A stretch of DNA of 64,000 nucleotides from contig JAWODC010000001.1 in NCBI GenBank assembly GCA_046483495.1, positions 96,001 to 160,000 of the forward strand. The letters are read 5' to 3'. Of this stretch, positions 29,079-38,093 are shown piece by piece; within the stretch, counting starts at the first letter, position 1, and each line of letters starts with the position of its first letter. Origin of the DNA: Desulfobacterales bacterium (lineage in GTDB: Bacteria > Desulfobacterota > Desulfobacteria > Desulfobacterales > UBA5616). The notes below the pieces were generated by a model that had not been told where the DNA came from, ran no database searches, and worked only from the letters and a program-made list of their open reading frames with translations. The translations under genes were made by a program, and so were the position numbers.

Positions 29079-30263
29079 CTACGGCATCGATTCCTTTATC
29101 AATTCCGTAATGTCCATCACCTTGAGATCGATTTTGTTGCGTCGCACATAGGTGGTCATCGTCCGAACGCATTGCTGGCAGGATGTCACCACAGCTTCGG
29201 CACCGGTTTTTAAAATTTCTTCGATCTTTTTTCCGGCGATTTCAGCCGCCAATTCGGCATCGATCATTTCCAGGTTCCCGCCGCCGCCGCAGCATCGGCA
29301 GTTCTCCCTGTTATGTTCCATTTCCACCAATTTGACCCCGGGAATGCGACGGATCACCTCCCTGGGTGCATCGAATTCGCGGGCCCCCCTGCCCAAATCA
29401 CAGGGGTCGTGGTATGTGACGGTGATGTCGTTCTTTTTCAGCGGAATCCGGTTTTCTTCGATCAGGTTGTGCAAAAACCGGGTGACATGATAGAGGTTGA
29501 AGTCATTCGGGTAGTATTCGCGCCACATCTGATAGCAGGAGGGGCAGGCGAACACGACGGTTTCAGCCTTTTTGCGCCGAATCGCCGCAACATTGTGTTC
29601 GATGATCCGACTCACTTTGTCTTTCAATCCGGCTCCCAATAGCGGGAAGCCGCAACACCACTCGTCTTCTCCAAGAAGCGTAAAGTCCACACCCGCCGCT
29701 GTAAAAATTTCTGCAAGCGCCATGGGAATTTTCTGGACCATGGGAAAATATGCCGCTACACAGCCGGTAAAGTAGACCACCTCGGCCTCATCCTGAATGT
29801 ATCCATTCTCCGGCGGGTTTTTGGCATCCTCCACCCATTCGGCCCGTTCTTCGTTGTCCTCGTCGAACACGTTATGGCTTTCGAACAGATTGTTCCGTAT
29901 CCGGTCGATTTGACCCGGATAAGCCTTTGAATGGACAAGATCCTGTCGAAGATTCAGCCAGATGTCTTTCAGATGAATGCCGACCGGACAGACCTCCTGG
30001 CAGCTACCGCACAGCGTACATCGGAAAACCGTTTCGCTGTATGGCTTCATTGCATCCGCATCCGGAGTGCTTTTGCCCGCCAGCCGCCGCATCAGTCCGT
30101 AACGTTTCCGATTGATTTTCTTCAATTCATCCAGGCGATAAATGCCGGACAGACGACCGTCCTTTGTCGCCAGCACCGCCGGGCAGACTTCGGCACACAA
30201 GCGACAGTTGGTGCAGGCGCTCATGGCCAGCAAGTCCTTTTTGCTGTATGATGAATTTTTCAT
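29079..30263 (-). CDS. HdrD-like Fe-S oxidoreductase (two ferredoxin-type [4Fe-4S] motifs plus two CCG domains)
   Basis: CTNCRLCAEVCP and CTLCGSCQEVCP; FTGC..WCCG..CPSC and HDPC..RCCG..CQQC; start MKNSS at 30263. Confidence 0.9.
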   Translation of the reverse strand: MKNSSYSKKDLLAMSACTNCRLCAEVCPAVLATKDGRLSGIYRLDELKKINRKRYGLMRRLAGKSTPDADAMKPYSETVFRCTLCGSCQEVCPVGIHLKDIWLNLRQDLVHSKAYPGQIDRIRNNLFESHNVFDEDNEERAEWVEDAKNPPENGYIQDEAEVVYFTGCVAAYFPMVQKIPMALAEIFTAAGVDFTLLGEDEWCCGFPLLGAGLKDKVSRIIEHNVAAIRRKKAETVVFACPSCYQMWREYYPNDFNLYHVTRFLHNLIEENRIPLKKNDITVTYHDPCDLGRGAREFDAPREVIRRIPGVKLVEMEHNRENCRCCGGGGNLEMIDAELAAEIAGKKIEEILKTGAEAVVTSCQQCVRTMTTYVRRNKIDLKVMDITELIKESMP

Positions 30264-30264
30264 T

Positions 30265-30687
30265 TTAATCCTGTTGATACTTCTCGATATCGGCAAGCAT
30301 CCAATGCTCGATATCTGCAGGCGTATGAATCAGATCCTGCACTTCGGACATGTCGTCGGGTTTTATTTTGTACATCCAGCCCTCACCATAGCAGTCCCGA
30401 TTAATCAGTCCCGGATCGGTTTCCAGCTTTTCATTGGATGCCATAAGCTCCCCGTTTACCGGGGCATACACCTTGCCCAACCATTTTCCCGACTCCACCT
30501 GGGCGAACTTTTTTCCTTTTTTCAGGGACTTTCCTTCAGGGGGCAGTTTCACAAATACAATGTCACCGGCCATCTGCTGGGCGAAATCATCCATTCCCAT
30601 GATCAACAGATCCCCTTCGACCTTTACCCAGTAATGATTCTCCTCGTAATAGAGGTCTTCCGGCATCCGATACCCCTGTATTTCCAT
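30265..30687 (-). CDS. GcvH/LbpA-like lipoyl carrier protein
   Basis: LYY..HYWVK, GMDDFAQ..GDIVFV, VESGKW (lipoyl Lys), APVNG, INRDCYGEGW. Confidence 0.9.
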   Translation of the reverse strand: MEIQGYRMPEDLYYEENHYWVKVEGDLLIMGMDDFAQQMAGDIVFVKLPPEGKSLKKGKKFAQVESGKWLGKVYAPVNGELMASNEKLETDPGLINRDCYGEGWMYKIKPDDMSEVQDLIHTPADIEHWMLADIEKYQQD

Positions 30688-30691
30688 CGTT

Positions 30692-32446
30692 TCACTCCTT
30701 TTCTTTTTTAAAGCCGTTTATTATCATCAGTACCGGCGCCGTAATCATGTGCAGCATCCGGCCAAACGGCAGATATGCGATAAAGAGTCCGGTGAACACG
30801 GCATGAACGTACCACATATATCCGTAAATGTCAGCAATTCCCGTCATTCCGGTAAACAGCAGGGCCGTTGCATAGCCCAGAAACGACCATTCGGCGCCGG
30901 CTGGAAATCCGGTCATAGCGATTCGCATCCCCTCGATGATGAATCCGACGATTACTATGGCCGAGAGGATCGAAATGCCGATCCAGTCCTGTCCGGGCAT
31001 ATGTTTGAACCCGGCGGCCGGTCGGCGGCTTTTCGAGACAGCGGCCGAAAAGGCACCGAAAATCACCATAAGGCCGGTAATATCGAACAAAAAAGCGCCG
31101 AACGGATGGTTTTTATCCAGCATGGCCCGCGTTAAATCGGTATTCGGCAGGGTTTTCGACATCACCAGTGCCGCAATTCCCCAGCTGAATCGAATGATAA
31201 AGGGGTAGAAAATCAGCGCGTGAACAGCCCACCGTCCGGGTGATTTGTAAAATAGTTTTCGCTGGCAGAGCACATCCCAGAATAATGCGCCGCAACCGGA
31301 AGCGATCCTGCGGAAAAAAATCGCGGGTATCGCCTTCCGGGTCCTTTCACCGGATTTTCGAGTGCTGTCTTCTTCGTGCCGATGGTACGTCAATCCAGCC
31401 GAAAACACGTAAAAAAAGGAAATCAAACCAAGGGCAAAAACAGCCAGCGAGGCAAGCGTCACCCAATCACCGATCGAAAGTGTTGCGGTATGACAGGGCA
31501 TGCAGATAATGCTTTTGGCGGGCAGCACCATGGCCGAAGCCCCCAGTTCATTGCCCGTATAATGGCATCGCCTGCATGAACCCTCATCAGCGAGCCTCAT
31601 CTCGTGGATGCTGCTTCCAACTCCGGAAGTGTAAGCCTTACGGTAGTGTACGATTCCCGAAACCGGGGCTTTAACGGGCATGACACCGGATAAATGGCAT
31701 GCCCGGCACGATACCCGGACATGGGCGTCATGGAGGGTCTTTTCATCATGATAATCGTGGCACCGCCGGCAATCGGTCAACGGCTGTTCGCCATGACCGT
31801 ATTCAGCGGATTCCGGGTGGCATGCCATACAGGAAAGGTCGGCATGGGCCGTGTCCGTGTACCTCTCTGCATCGATCATCGGAAAGGCCGGATCGAATCG
31901 ATCCCGGTTTGTTTCTGCATGACAGTAAAAACAGAATGCGGCGATGCTTTCGTTGCGTCCCGTCCCGGCGGGCGGCAGTTCATGACAAACCACACAGGAT
32001 TGGTCGGAAGAATAGGGAGAAGGCAGCCGGCTTTCGCTTTCATGGCAGACACCGCATTGCTTGTCCACCGGCGCCTCGGGATCGAATTCGTCCGGTATGC
32101 CGAAACCCAATTGGTAATGCGGATCGTGGCAGGCCAGGCAGTTTTCAATGTCCTGCTCACGTTGAACGGTCTTTCCACCGTGTTCACCGAGCGCAATGAA
32201 ATCCGCCACCGCATCATGACAGGATGCACAGCTTTCCGGGCTGAAAAGATCCGCCGGGGATTTCGTGACATTTGCCGGATCCGGATGGGACCCCGGATCG
32301 ATATCGACATGGCAATCCGTACATGCCGTTTGGCCGTGCACAGAGACATGATAACGCTGCAAATCCACCAGCCAGGATCCGGAGGCATCCGGGCAGAAAA
32401 ATATCGGCAATACGACAAACCAGCTGAGAACAACGCAAATTTTCAT
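30692..32446 (-). CDS. Multiheme cytochrome c (11 CxxCH) fused to a NarI/HdrE/DsrM-like cytochrome b membrane domain
   Basis: Signal peptide; CTDCH, CASCH, CLACH, CGVCH, CVVCH, CFYCH, CMACH, CRRCH, CRACH, CRRCH, CMPCH; then TM helices with RWAVHALIF, GFIIEGMR and H-AVFTGLFIAYLPFGRML-H. Confidence 0.88.
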   Translation of the reverse strand: MKICVVLSWFVVLPIFFCPDASGSWLVDLQRYHVSVHGQTACTDCHVDIDPGSHPDPANVTKSPADLFSPESCASCHDAVADFIALGEHGGKTVQREQDIENCLACHDPHYQLGFGIPDEFDPEAPVDKQCGVCHESESRLPSPYSSDQSCVVCHELPPAGTGRNESIAAFCFYCHAETNRDRFDPAFPMIDAERYTDTAHADLSCMACHPESAEYGHGEQPLTDCRRCHDYHDEKTLHDAHVRVSCRACHLSGVMPVKAPVSGIVHYRKAYTSGVGSSIHEMRLADEGSCRRCHYTGNELGASAMVLPAKSIICMPCHTATLSIGDWVTLASLAVFALGLISFFYVFSAGLTYHRHEEDSTRKSGERTRKAIPAIFFRRIASGCGALFWDVLCQRKLFYKSPGRWAVHALIFYPFIIRFSWGIAALVMSKTLPNTDLTRAMLDKNHPFGAFLFDITGLMVIFGAFSAAVSKSRRPAAGFKHMPGQDWIGISILSAIVIVGFIIEGMRIAMTGFPAGAEWSFLGYATALLFTGMTGIADIYGYMWYVHAVFTGLFIAYLPFGRMLHMITAPVLMIINGFKKEKE

Positions 32447-33288
32447 TTGGACAAAAGCTCTTCCGCTCGATATGAACTCCTCACAAATGGACCGGCAAAC
32501 ACGTGTTCAAATCCCGTTTTACGCGCAACTGACGCCAGCATATCGAATTCTTCCGGTGGAATATACCGCCTGACCGGTGCATGATCCCTTGACGGCGCCA
32601 GGTACTGACCCATTGTCAAAATCCGGCAGCCCGATGCGACCAGATCTTGAAAAACGTTCTCCAGTTCCGATGCGGTTTCTCCCAATCCGAGCATCAGTCC
32701 CGATTTCGTCCTTAGTCCGGCTTCGGCCGCCTGGGAAAGAACCGTCAGTGACCTGGCATAATCCGCCTGTGGCCTGATCTCCCGGTAAAGGCGAGGGACC
32801 GTTTCCACGTTGTGGTTGAAGACATCCGGCCATACACGGCATATGGCTTCCACCGACGATTGTTCACCTTTAAAATCCGGAATGAGCAACTCTACCGTCG
32901 ATTCGGGCGACCGTTTTCTGACCGCTTCGACGGTCGACACAAAATGGCCTGCACCGCCGTCCGGCAGGTCATCACGGGTAACCGAAGTGATGACCACATG
33001 GGAAAGGCCCGCTGCTTTTACGGCCTGCGCCACATGCATCGGCTCCTTATCATCCGGCATCAGCGGGGCCGTGGTATGCGGCACCGCACAAAACCGGCAG
33101 TTCCGCGTACAGCGGTCGCCCAGTATCATGAATGTGGCCGTTCCACGATGAAAGCATTCACCGATATTCGGGCATTGTGCGCTCTGGCATACGGTGGCTA
33201 ATTTCAGTCGGCTGAGCATGCTCTCCATGCGCGAAAGCGACGCGGCTGATGGGGCCGGCCGCTTCAGCCAAACAGGATGGCCCTTCAT
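32443..33288 (-). CDS. lipA: Lipoyl synthase
   Basis: VCQSAQCPNIGEC, CTRNCRFC, VTRDDL, NHNVETV, KSGLMLGLGE, RSSY; start MKGHP at 33288. Confidence 0.96.
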   Translation of the reverse strand: MKGHPVWLKRPAPSAASLSRMESMLSRLKLATVCQSAQCPNIGECFHRGTATFMILGDRCTRNCRFCAVPHTTAPLMPDDKEPMHVAQAVKAAGLSHVVITSVTRDDLPDGGAGHFVSTVEAVRKRSPESTVELLIPDFKGEQSSVEAICRVWPDVFNHNVETVPRLYREIRPQADYARSLTVLSQAAEAGLRTKSGLMLGLGETASELENVFQDLVASGCRILTMGQYLAPSRDHAPVRRYIPPEEFDMLASVARKTGFEHVFAGPFVRSSYRAEELLSK

Positions 33289-33319
33289 GTCACCTTCCCT
33301 CGCGCCACGGTAAACGGAC

Positions 33320-34696
33320 TCATTTTCGACGCCTCGGCAGATACAGTGCCCAGCCCTGAGCGTCCTGGCCCGCCATTGGGATCGTCTCCGAAAATGTGGG
33401 ATGAACGGCCATGCAGTAGGCAAGGTCTTCGACCGTCGCCTCCATCTGCATGGCCAGCGAGGCTCCCCAGATCAGTTCTACGGCATTGCTGCCCACAATG
33501 TGAACACCCAGGATTTCGCCGTATTCGGCATCGGAAATCACCTTCACCATCCCTTCCGTCTCGCCGTAAGCCATGGCAACGCCGTTAACGGAAACCGGGC
33601 ATTCTCCGATTTCGACTTCCAGGTCCTGATCATCGGCCTCTTCTTCCGTAATGCCGACGGAGGCGGCTTCCGGAATCGACCACAATCCGCGCGGCGCCAG
33701 GGAAGCATTGTATGTCCGGGACCCGCCCATGGCGTTTTCAGCAGCGGCGACCCCCATGCAGGTCGCCGCGTAACTGAGCTGCCATGAACCGGTGATATCG
33801 CCGATGGCATATATATGATCCGAACTCGTCTTCAGCGTATCATCCACCGCGATAAAACCGTTGTCATTCAATTCGACACCGGCCCTGTCCAGACCGATAT
33901 CCACATTGGGCTTTCGGGATGAGACGAGCACCTTTTCCACTTCCACCGTTTTCGCTTCGGACCCGGCCAGTTCGGCAGTGTATCCGGCCTTGCCCTTTTT
34001 TACGGCGCCGAGCGTGTATCGCGGCAAAAATTCGATGCCCTGCTCCCGAATCGCCATCGTCACACGTTGACTGACGGTGCCGTCCTCAGCCGGAAGGGCT
34101 CTGGGAGATTCGGATATCATGGTTACCTTGGCGCCGAAAGCATTTAAGATCAAAGCCATTTCCACTTCGATGGGTCCGGCGCCGATAACGAGAACCGACG
34201 ACGGTACGGCCGTCATTTCCAGGACGTGGTCCGTAGTCATTGCCGCAGCATCGTCAAGCCCGGGAATGTCCGGCATATGAATGGCGGTCCCGGTTGCAAT
34301 GATAATGGATTTTGTATTCAAAACCGTTTCACCGGCCTGGACCTCACCGGGACCTTTCAATCGGCCGTATTCGGCTATGACATCAATTTTGTTGTTCTTG
34401 CATAATCCTTTCATGCCCATTTGAATATCTTCGGGCACGCCCTTTCGGCGCTTGACGATCGTTTCTAAATCCACACCGTTGACAGCCGCCTGTATGCCGA
34501 AATCACCGGCATGCTCGATGGTGCGCTTCATCCGCGCCGCCCTGTTCCATATCTTGGCCGGTATGCATCCCCGGTTTACGCATGTTCCCCCCATTTGTGC
34601 CGGTTCGAGTATGGCCGTTTTTCCGCCCAACTGCGAAGCCCGTATTCCCGCGGCATATCCTCCCGGTCCGCCGCCGATCACAATCACATCATACAT
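33320..34696 (-). CDS. lpdA: Dihydrolipoyl dehydrogenase (E3)
   Basis: GGGPGGY, GGTCVNRGCIP redox disulfide, AIGD, HPTFSE. Confidence 0.95.
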   Translation of the reverse strand: MYDVIVIGGGPGGYAAGIRASQLGGKTAILEPAQMGGTCVNRGCIPAKIWNRAARMKRTIEHAGDFGIQAAVNGVDLETIVKRRKGVPEDIQMGMKGLCKNNKIDVIAEYGRLKGPGEVQAGETVLNTKSIIIATGTAIHMPDIPGLDDAAAMTTDHVLEMTAVPSSVLVIGAGPIEVEMALILNAFGAKVTMISESPRALPAEDGTVSQRVTMAIREQGIEFLPRYTLGAVKKGKAGYTAELAGSEAKTVEVEKVLVSSRKPNVDIGLDRAGVELNDNGFIAVDDTLKTSSDHIYAIGDITGSWQLSYAATCMGVAAAENAMGGSRTYNASLAPRGLWSIPEAASVGITEEEADDQDLEVEIGECPVSVNGVAMAYGETEGMVKVISDAEYGEILGVHIVGSNAVELIWGASLAMQMEATVEDLAYCMAVHPTFSETIPMAGQDAQGWALYLPRRRK

Positions 34697-34855
34697 AACT
34701 CACCTCGATCCCGTTAATTTCGACATATCCGTAAAGCCGCTTTCGTTCCTTGCGGGCCGGTCATGTCGATGGTGTTTTTTCATCATGCGTTTCGAAAACG
34801 CCCTACACCAAAACAGCCGGCTCCGAACTGAAATGCAGTTTCCGGACACCCGCCG

Positions 34856-35878
34856 TTACATTCTCACCACAACTTTCACCGAACTGTCAACGCTGCACTG
34901 AATATCGAATGCTTCTTTTGCCTGTTCAATGGGAAATTCATGGCTTACAATTTTCATCCGGTCCACCTTCTTGTCCCGCATCAGTTCAAGCGCCCTTACC
35001 GCGTCGTCCGGGACGAACCCGTAGGAGCCGAATACCTTTACGTGTTTTGCCACCATCGGCATCATCTCCAGTGTTACCGGGGCTTCAAACGCGCCATGAA
35101 CCACGACGGTGCCGTATTCACGGGCAACCAGCAGCGCCTGTTGAAGCACCGGCGGTTCGGGCCTCTCCTGGATATACCCGACGCAGTCATATACAATATC
35201 CACCGCAGGGGATGTCATTGCGCCGCCGAGAATCGTAACCGGCACCTCGCCGGTAAGATCGACGGCCCGCTGATACACATCCTCTTTGGCGGCATTGACA
35301 ACCTCATCCACCCCCAGGTCCCCGGCCATCGCCAGCCGTTTGTCCGAAACATCCACCATGATTATCTTGCTCAATGCCGTTTCCATCACTGCGAGGGTCT
35401 GAACGATCCCCAGACCGATAATCCCGGCCCCGAATATCATGACGTTTTGTCCGTCGGCCGGGCTTCCCAACCATGCGGCATGAAGCGAATTGCCGAGGGG
35501 TTCCGTAGTCGCCGCTTCGACCCAGTTCACGGCATCGGGGATTTTATAGACGTTCAACCCTAAAAAAGCGGGGCTGACGGGCACATATTCCGCCATTCCG
35601 CCGAATGTCAGGGCGGTGACCCGATCCCCGACATCGATCCCGGAAACATCCTTCCCGACGCTCACCACTTCACCGGAAAATTCATGGCCGGGTATCATTC
35701 CACCGTCCGAAGGCCGGCAAAGCGCTTCGGCAAAAACGCCCAATCGATACATGTGCAAATCCGATCCGCAAATGCCGCATGCATGGACCTTGACCAGGAT
35801 GTCCGCATCGCCGATTTCCGGCATGGCCACCTCTTCGGTGGTGATTTTCTTCGGTTCATGATAGATGACTGCCTTCAT
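34856..35878 (-). CDS. Zn-dependent medium-chain alcohol dehydrogenase (2,3-butanediol/sorbitol DH-like; structural-Zn loop absent)
   Basis: CGICGSDLH, PGHEFSG, TTEPL, GAGIIG. Confidence 0.88.
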   Translation of the reverse strand: MKAVIYHEPKKITTEEVAMPEIGDADILVKVHACGICGSDLHMYRLGVFAEALCRPSDGGMIPGHEFSGEVVSVGKDVSGIDVGDRVTALTFGGMAEYVPVSPAFLGLNVYKIPDAVNWVEAATTEPLGNSLHAAWLGSPADGQNVMIFGAGIIGLGIVQTLAVMETALSKIIMVDVSDKRLAMAGDLGVDEVVNAAKEDVYQRAVDLTGEVPVTILGGAMTSPAVDIVYDCVGYIQERPEPPVLQQALLVAREYGTVVVHGAFEAPVTLEMMPMVAKHVKVFGSYGFVPDDAVRALELMRDKKVDRMKIVSHEFPIEQAKEAFDIQCSVDSSVKVVVRM

Positions 35879-35916
35879 CGTATCGTCCTTTCATTTATGG
35901 GTTCCGGTAGGCTGTT

Positions 35917-36600
35917 TTACAGGCGGCGCAAATCGTGCGTTTCGGCTTCCGGCATGAGGTGTGCCTGCACCTCGAAAACGGATGAAAATTCCCGGATGAC
36001 AACACCGGCCACCTCATCCATATTCAGGTGCCGGTTCAGCTTTTTTTTCATGGATGTTACGCCCTTGTCTGAAATGCCGCATGGGTGGATCAGATCGAAG
36101 TAGGACAAATCCGTATTCACGTTCAAAGCGAATCCATGTTTGGTCACCCATTTCTTCACTTTGACGCCGATCGCCGCGATTTTTTCATTTTCGATCCAGA
36201 CGCCCACGTGTTCATCATCACGGCGCCCTTCAAGCGTGTAAGCACCAAGTGACCGAATCACCACCTGTTCAAGATTTCGAATATACCGATGAATGTCATT
36301 TCCCCATCGGTTCAGATGCAAAATGGGATATCCCACGATCTGCCCCGGACCGTGAAGCGTAATGCTGCCGCCCCGATCCGTCGGAAAGACGGCAACGCCT
36401 TTTTGCTCCAGTACGGCCGTCGAAACAAGAATGTTTTGCCGGTCCGTACCCTTGGCCAGCGTCAGCGTCGGGGGATGTTCCAGAAGCAGCAGTGTATCGG
36501 GGAAATCCCCCTTTATCCGCATGGATTGGAGTTTATTCTGGAGTGAAAATGCAGCATCGTAAGCCATAACTCCGAGCCTGTAGACGTCCAGCATTTTCAT
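35917..36600 (-). CDS. lipB: Lipoyl(octanoyl) transferase
   Basis: LLEHPP, DRGGSITLHGPGQIVGYP, KIAAIG, HGFALN, PCG. Confidence 0.96.
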   Translation of the reverse strand: MKMLDVYRLGVMAYDAAFSLQNKLQSMRIKGDFPDTLLLLEHPPTLTLAKGTDRQNILVSTAVLEQKGVAVFPTDRGGSITLHGPGQIVGYPILHLNRWGNDIHRYIRNLEQVVIRSLGAYTLEGRRDDEHVGVWIENEKIAAIGVKVKKWVTKHGFALNVNTDLSYFDLIHPCGISDKGVTSMKKKLNRHLNMDEVAGVVIREFSSVFEVQAHLMPEAETHDLRRL

Positions 36601-36622
36601 GCGTTACCCCCCATCCGGTTTT

Positions 36623-37903
36623 CTACACCAGCAGGATGGGGTTCTGAAGGATTTGTCCAAACCGCCCCAGGAACATGCCGGCCGGCACACCGTCGAGCAC
36701 GCGGTGGTCAAACGTAAATGAAACCGGCATCATGGGCCGAATGACAATTTCGCCGTCTTTTACCACCGGACGGTCCATTATTCCGCCCGGCTGCAGAATC
36801 GCCGATTGGGGTTGATTGATAATCGGCGTTCCGAACCCCCATCCACCGCCCATGCCGCCCATGCTGGTAATGGTGAACGTGCCGCCGAACACATCATCCG
36901 GCATGAGGTTGCCATCCCTGGCTTTCTGAACCGTCGCTTTCAGCTCCTGACTGATTTCGGACAGGGACTTCTTGTCGGCATTCCTGATCACCGGTACGAT
37001 CAAACCGCCGCCCAGCACATCCGCTCCCTGGAGCGCGACCGCTACACCGATATTGATGTCTTCCCAGACAACGACTTCGTTGTCGATGACGCTGGCATTC
37101 ACCATGGGCAGCTCTTTCAAGACCTTGGCAGCCGCCTTGACGTAAATGTCGGTATAAGAAATCCTCACCCCGAGGTTTTCTTCATTGGCGATCAATTCTT
37201 CCCTGAATTTTTTTAGTCCGGTCACCTCGAGTTCGGACATCGCGGTCAGCTGGGCCGCCACCGTGAGACTCTGCACCATATGGTCGGCGATGGCCTTTCT
37301 CATTCCCCTGAGCTTCATTTTTTCTTTTACTCTGATGCCGCCGAGGGTGTCGGCAGCTTCCGCCACTGCTGAAGGGGCGGGTTCCGGTGCCGCGGCGGCC
37401 GGTTGAGACGGAGCGGCTGCCTGTTCGGCGATCGCCTTTTCCACGTCCTGCCGGGTTATCCTCCCGCCGGGTCCGGTGCCTTCAACCGTCGAAAGATCGA
37501 CGCCTTTTTCTTCAGCCATTTTCCTGGCAACCGGAGATGCCTTTACTTTTCCGCCCTTTGCCGCGGGTTTTTTCGCCGCTGCTTCGTCGGCAGGCGCCGG
37601 CGCAGCCGCTTGCGGCGCGGCTGCGGCGGGCGCTCCCGACGCCTTCTGCAGTTCGGAAAGCTCTTCCGGTGACTGGGCGAGTTTGCCGACTACTGCACCG
37701 ACCTTTTCCGTTTGATCGACGGGAACCATGATGTGCAGGTATCCTGCATCCGGCGATTCCACTTCCCATGATGTCTTGTCGGTTTCAATCACAAGAATGA
37801 CATCGCCTTCATTGACCTGATCGCCTTCATTGAATTTCCATTCCGTCAGTGTCGCTTCCTTCATACTCATGCCTAGTTTCGGAATATGAATTTCTACAGC
37901 CAT
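36623..37903 (-). CDS. Dihydrolipoamide acyltransferase E2 (one lipoyl domain)
   Basis: PKLGMSM..IETDKT lipoyl domain, Ala/Pro linkers, [23 protein letters not shown]. Confidence 0.95.
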   Translation of the reverse strand: MAVEIHIPKLGMSMKEATLTEWKFNEGDQVNEGDVILVIETDKTSWEVESPDAGYLHIMVPVDQTEKVGAVVGKLAQSPEELSELQKASGAPAAAAPQAAAPAPADEAAAKKPAAKGGKVKASPVARKMAEEKGVDLSTVEGTGPGGRITRQDVEKAIAEQAAAPSQPAAAAPEPAPSAVAEAADTLGGIRVKEKMKLRGMRKAIADHMVQSLTVAAQLTAMSELEVTGLKKFREELIANEENLGVRISYTDIYVKAAAKVLKELPMVNASVIDNEVVVWEDINIGVAVALQGADVLGGGLIVPVIRNADKKSLSEISQELKATVQKARDGNLMPDDVFGGTFTITSMGGMGGGWGFGTPIINQPQSAILQPGGIMDRPVVKDGEIVIRPMMPVSFTFDHRVLDGVPAGMFLGRFGQILQNPILLV

Positions 37904-38093
37904 TTGTAACGTTCCTTTCACGTAATCAGTGCCATATTGAAATGGCGTCTTTCAGCCTTATGCGGCGTTTTTCCTGTTTGGTCCTCAGATAAAACGCATG
38001 TCGTTTACCGCAGTTTCAAATAAAGAACAGAGCCCTGCCCGGAATAAACGCCTGCCGTTTTAGACCGCTGTCGGCCGGCGTCCGTCTTTGCCG

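Noticed and set aside
30265..30687. Calling this gcvH of a glycine cleavage system
   Set aside because: No gcvP or gcvT nearby, and the ESGKW motif and Hdr context point elsewhere; symbol withheld
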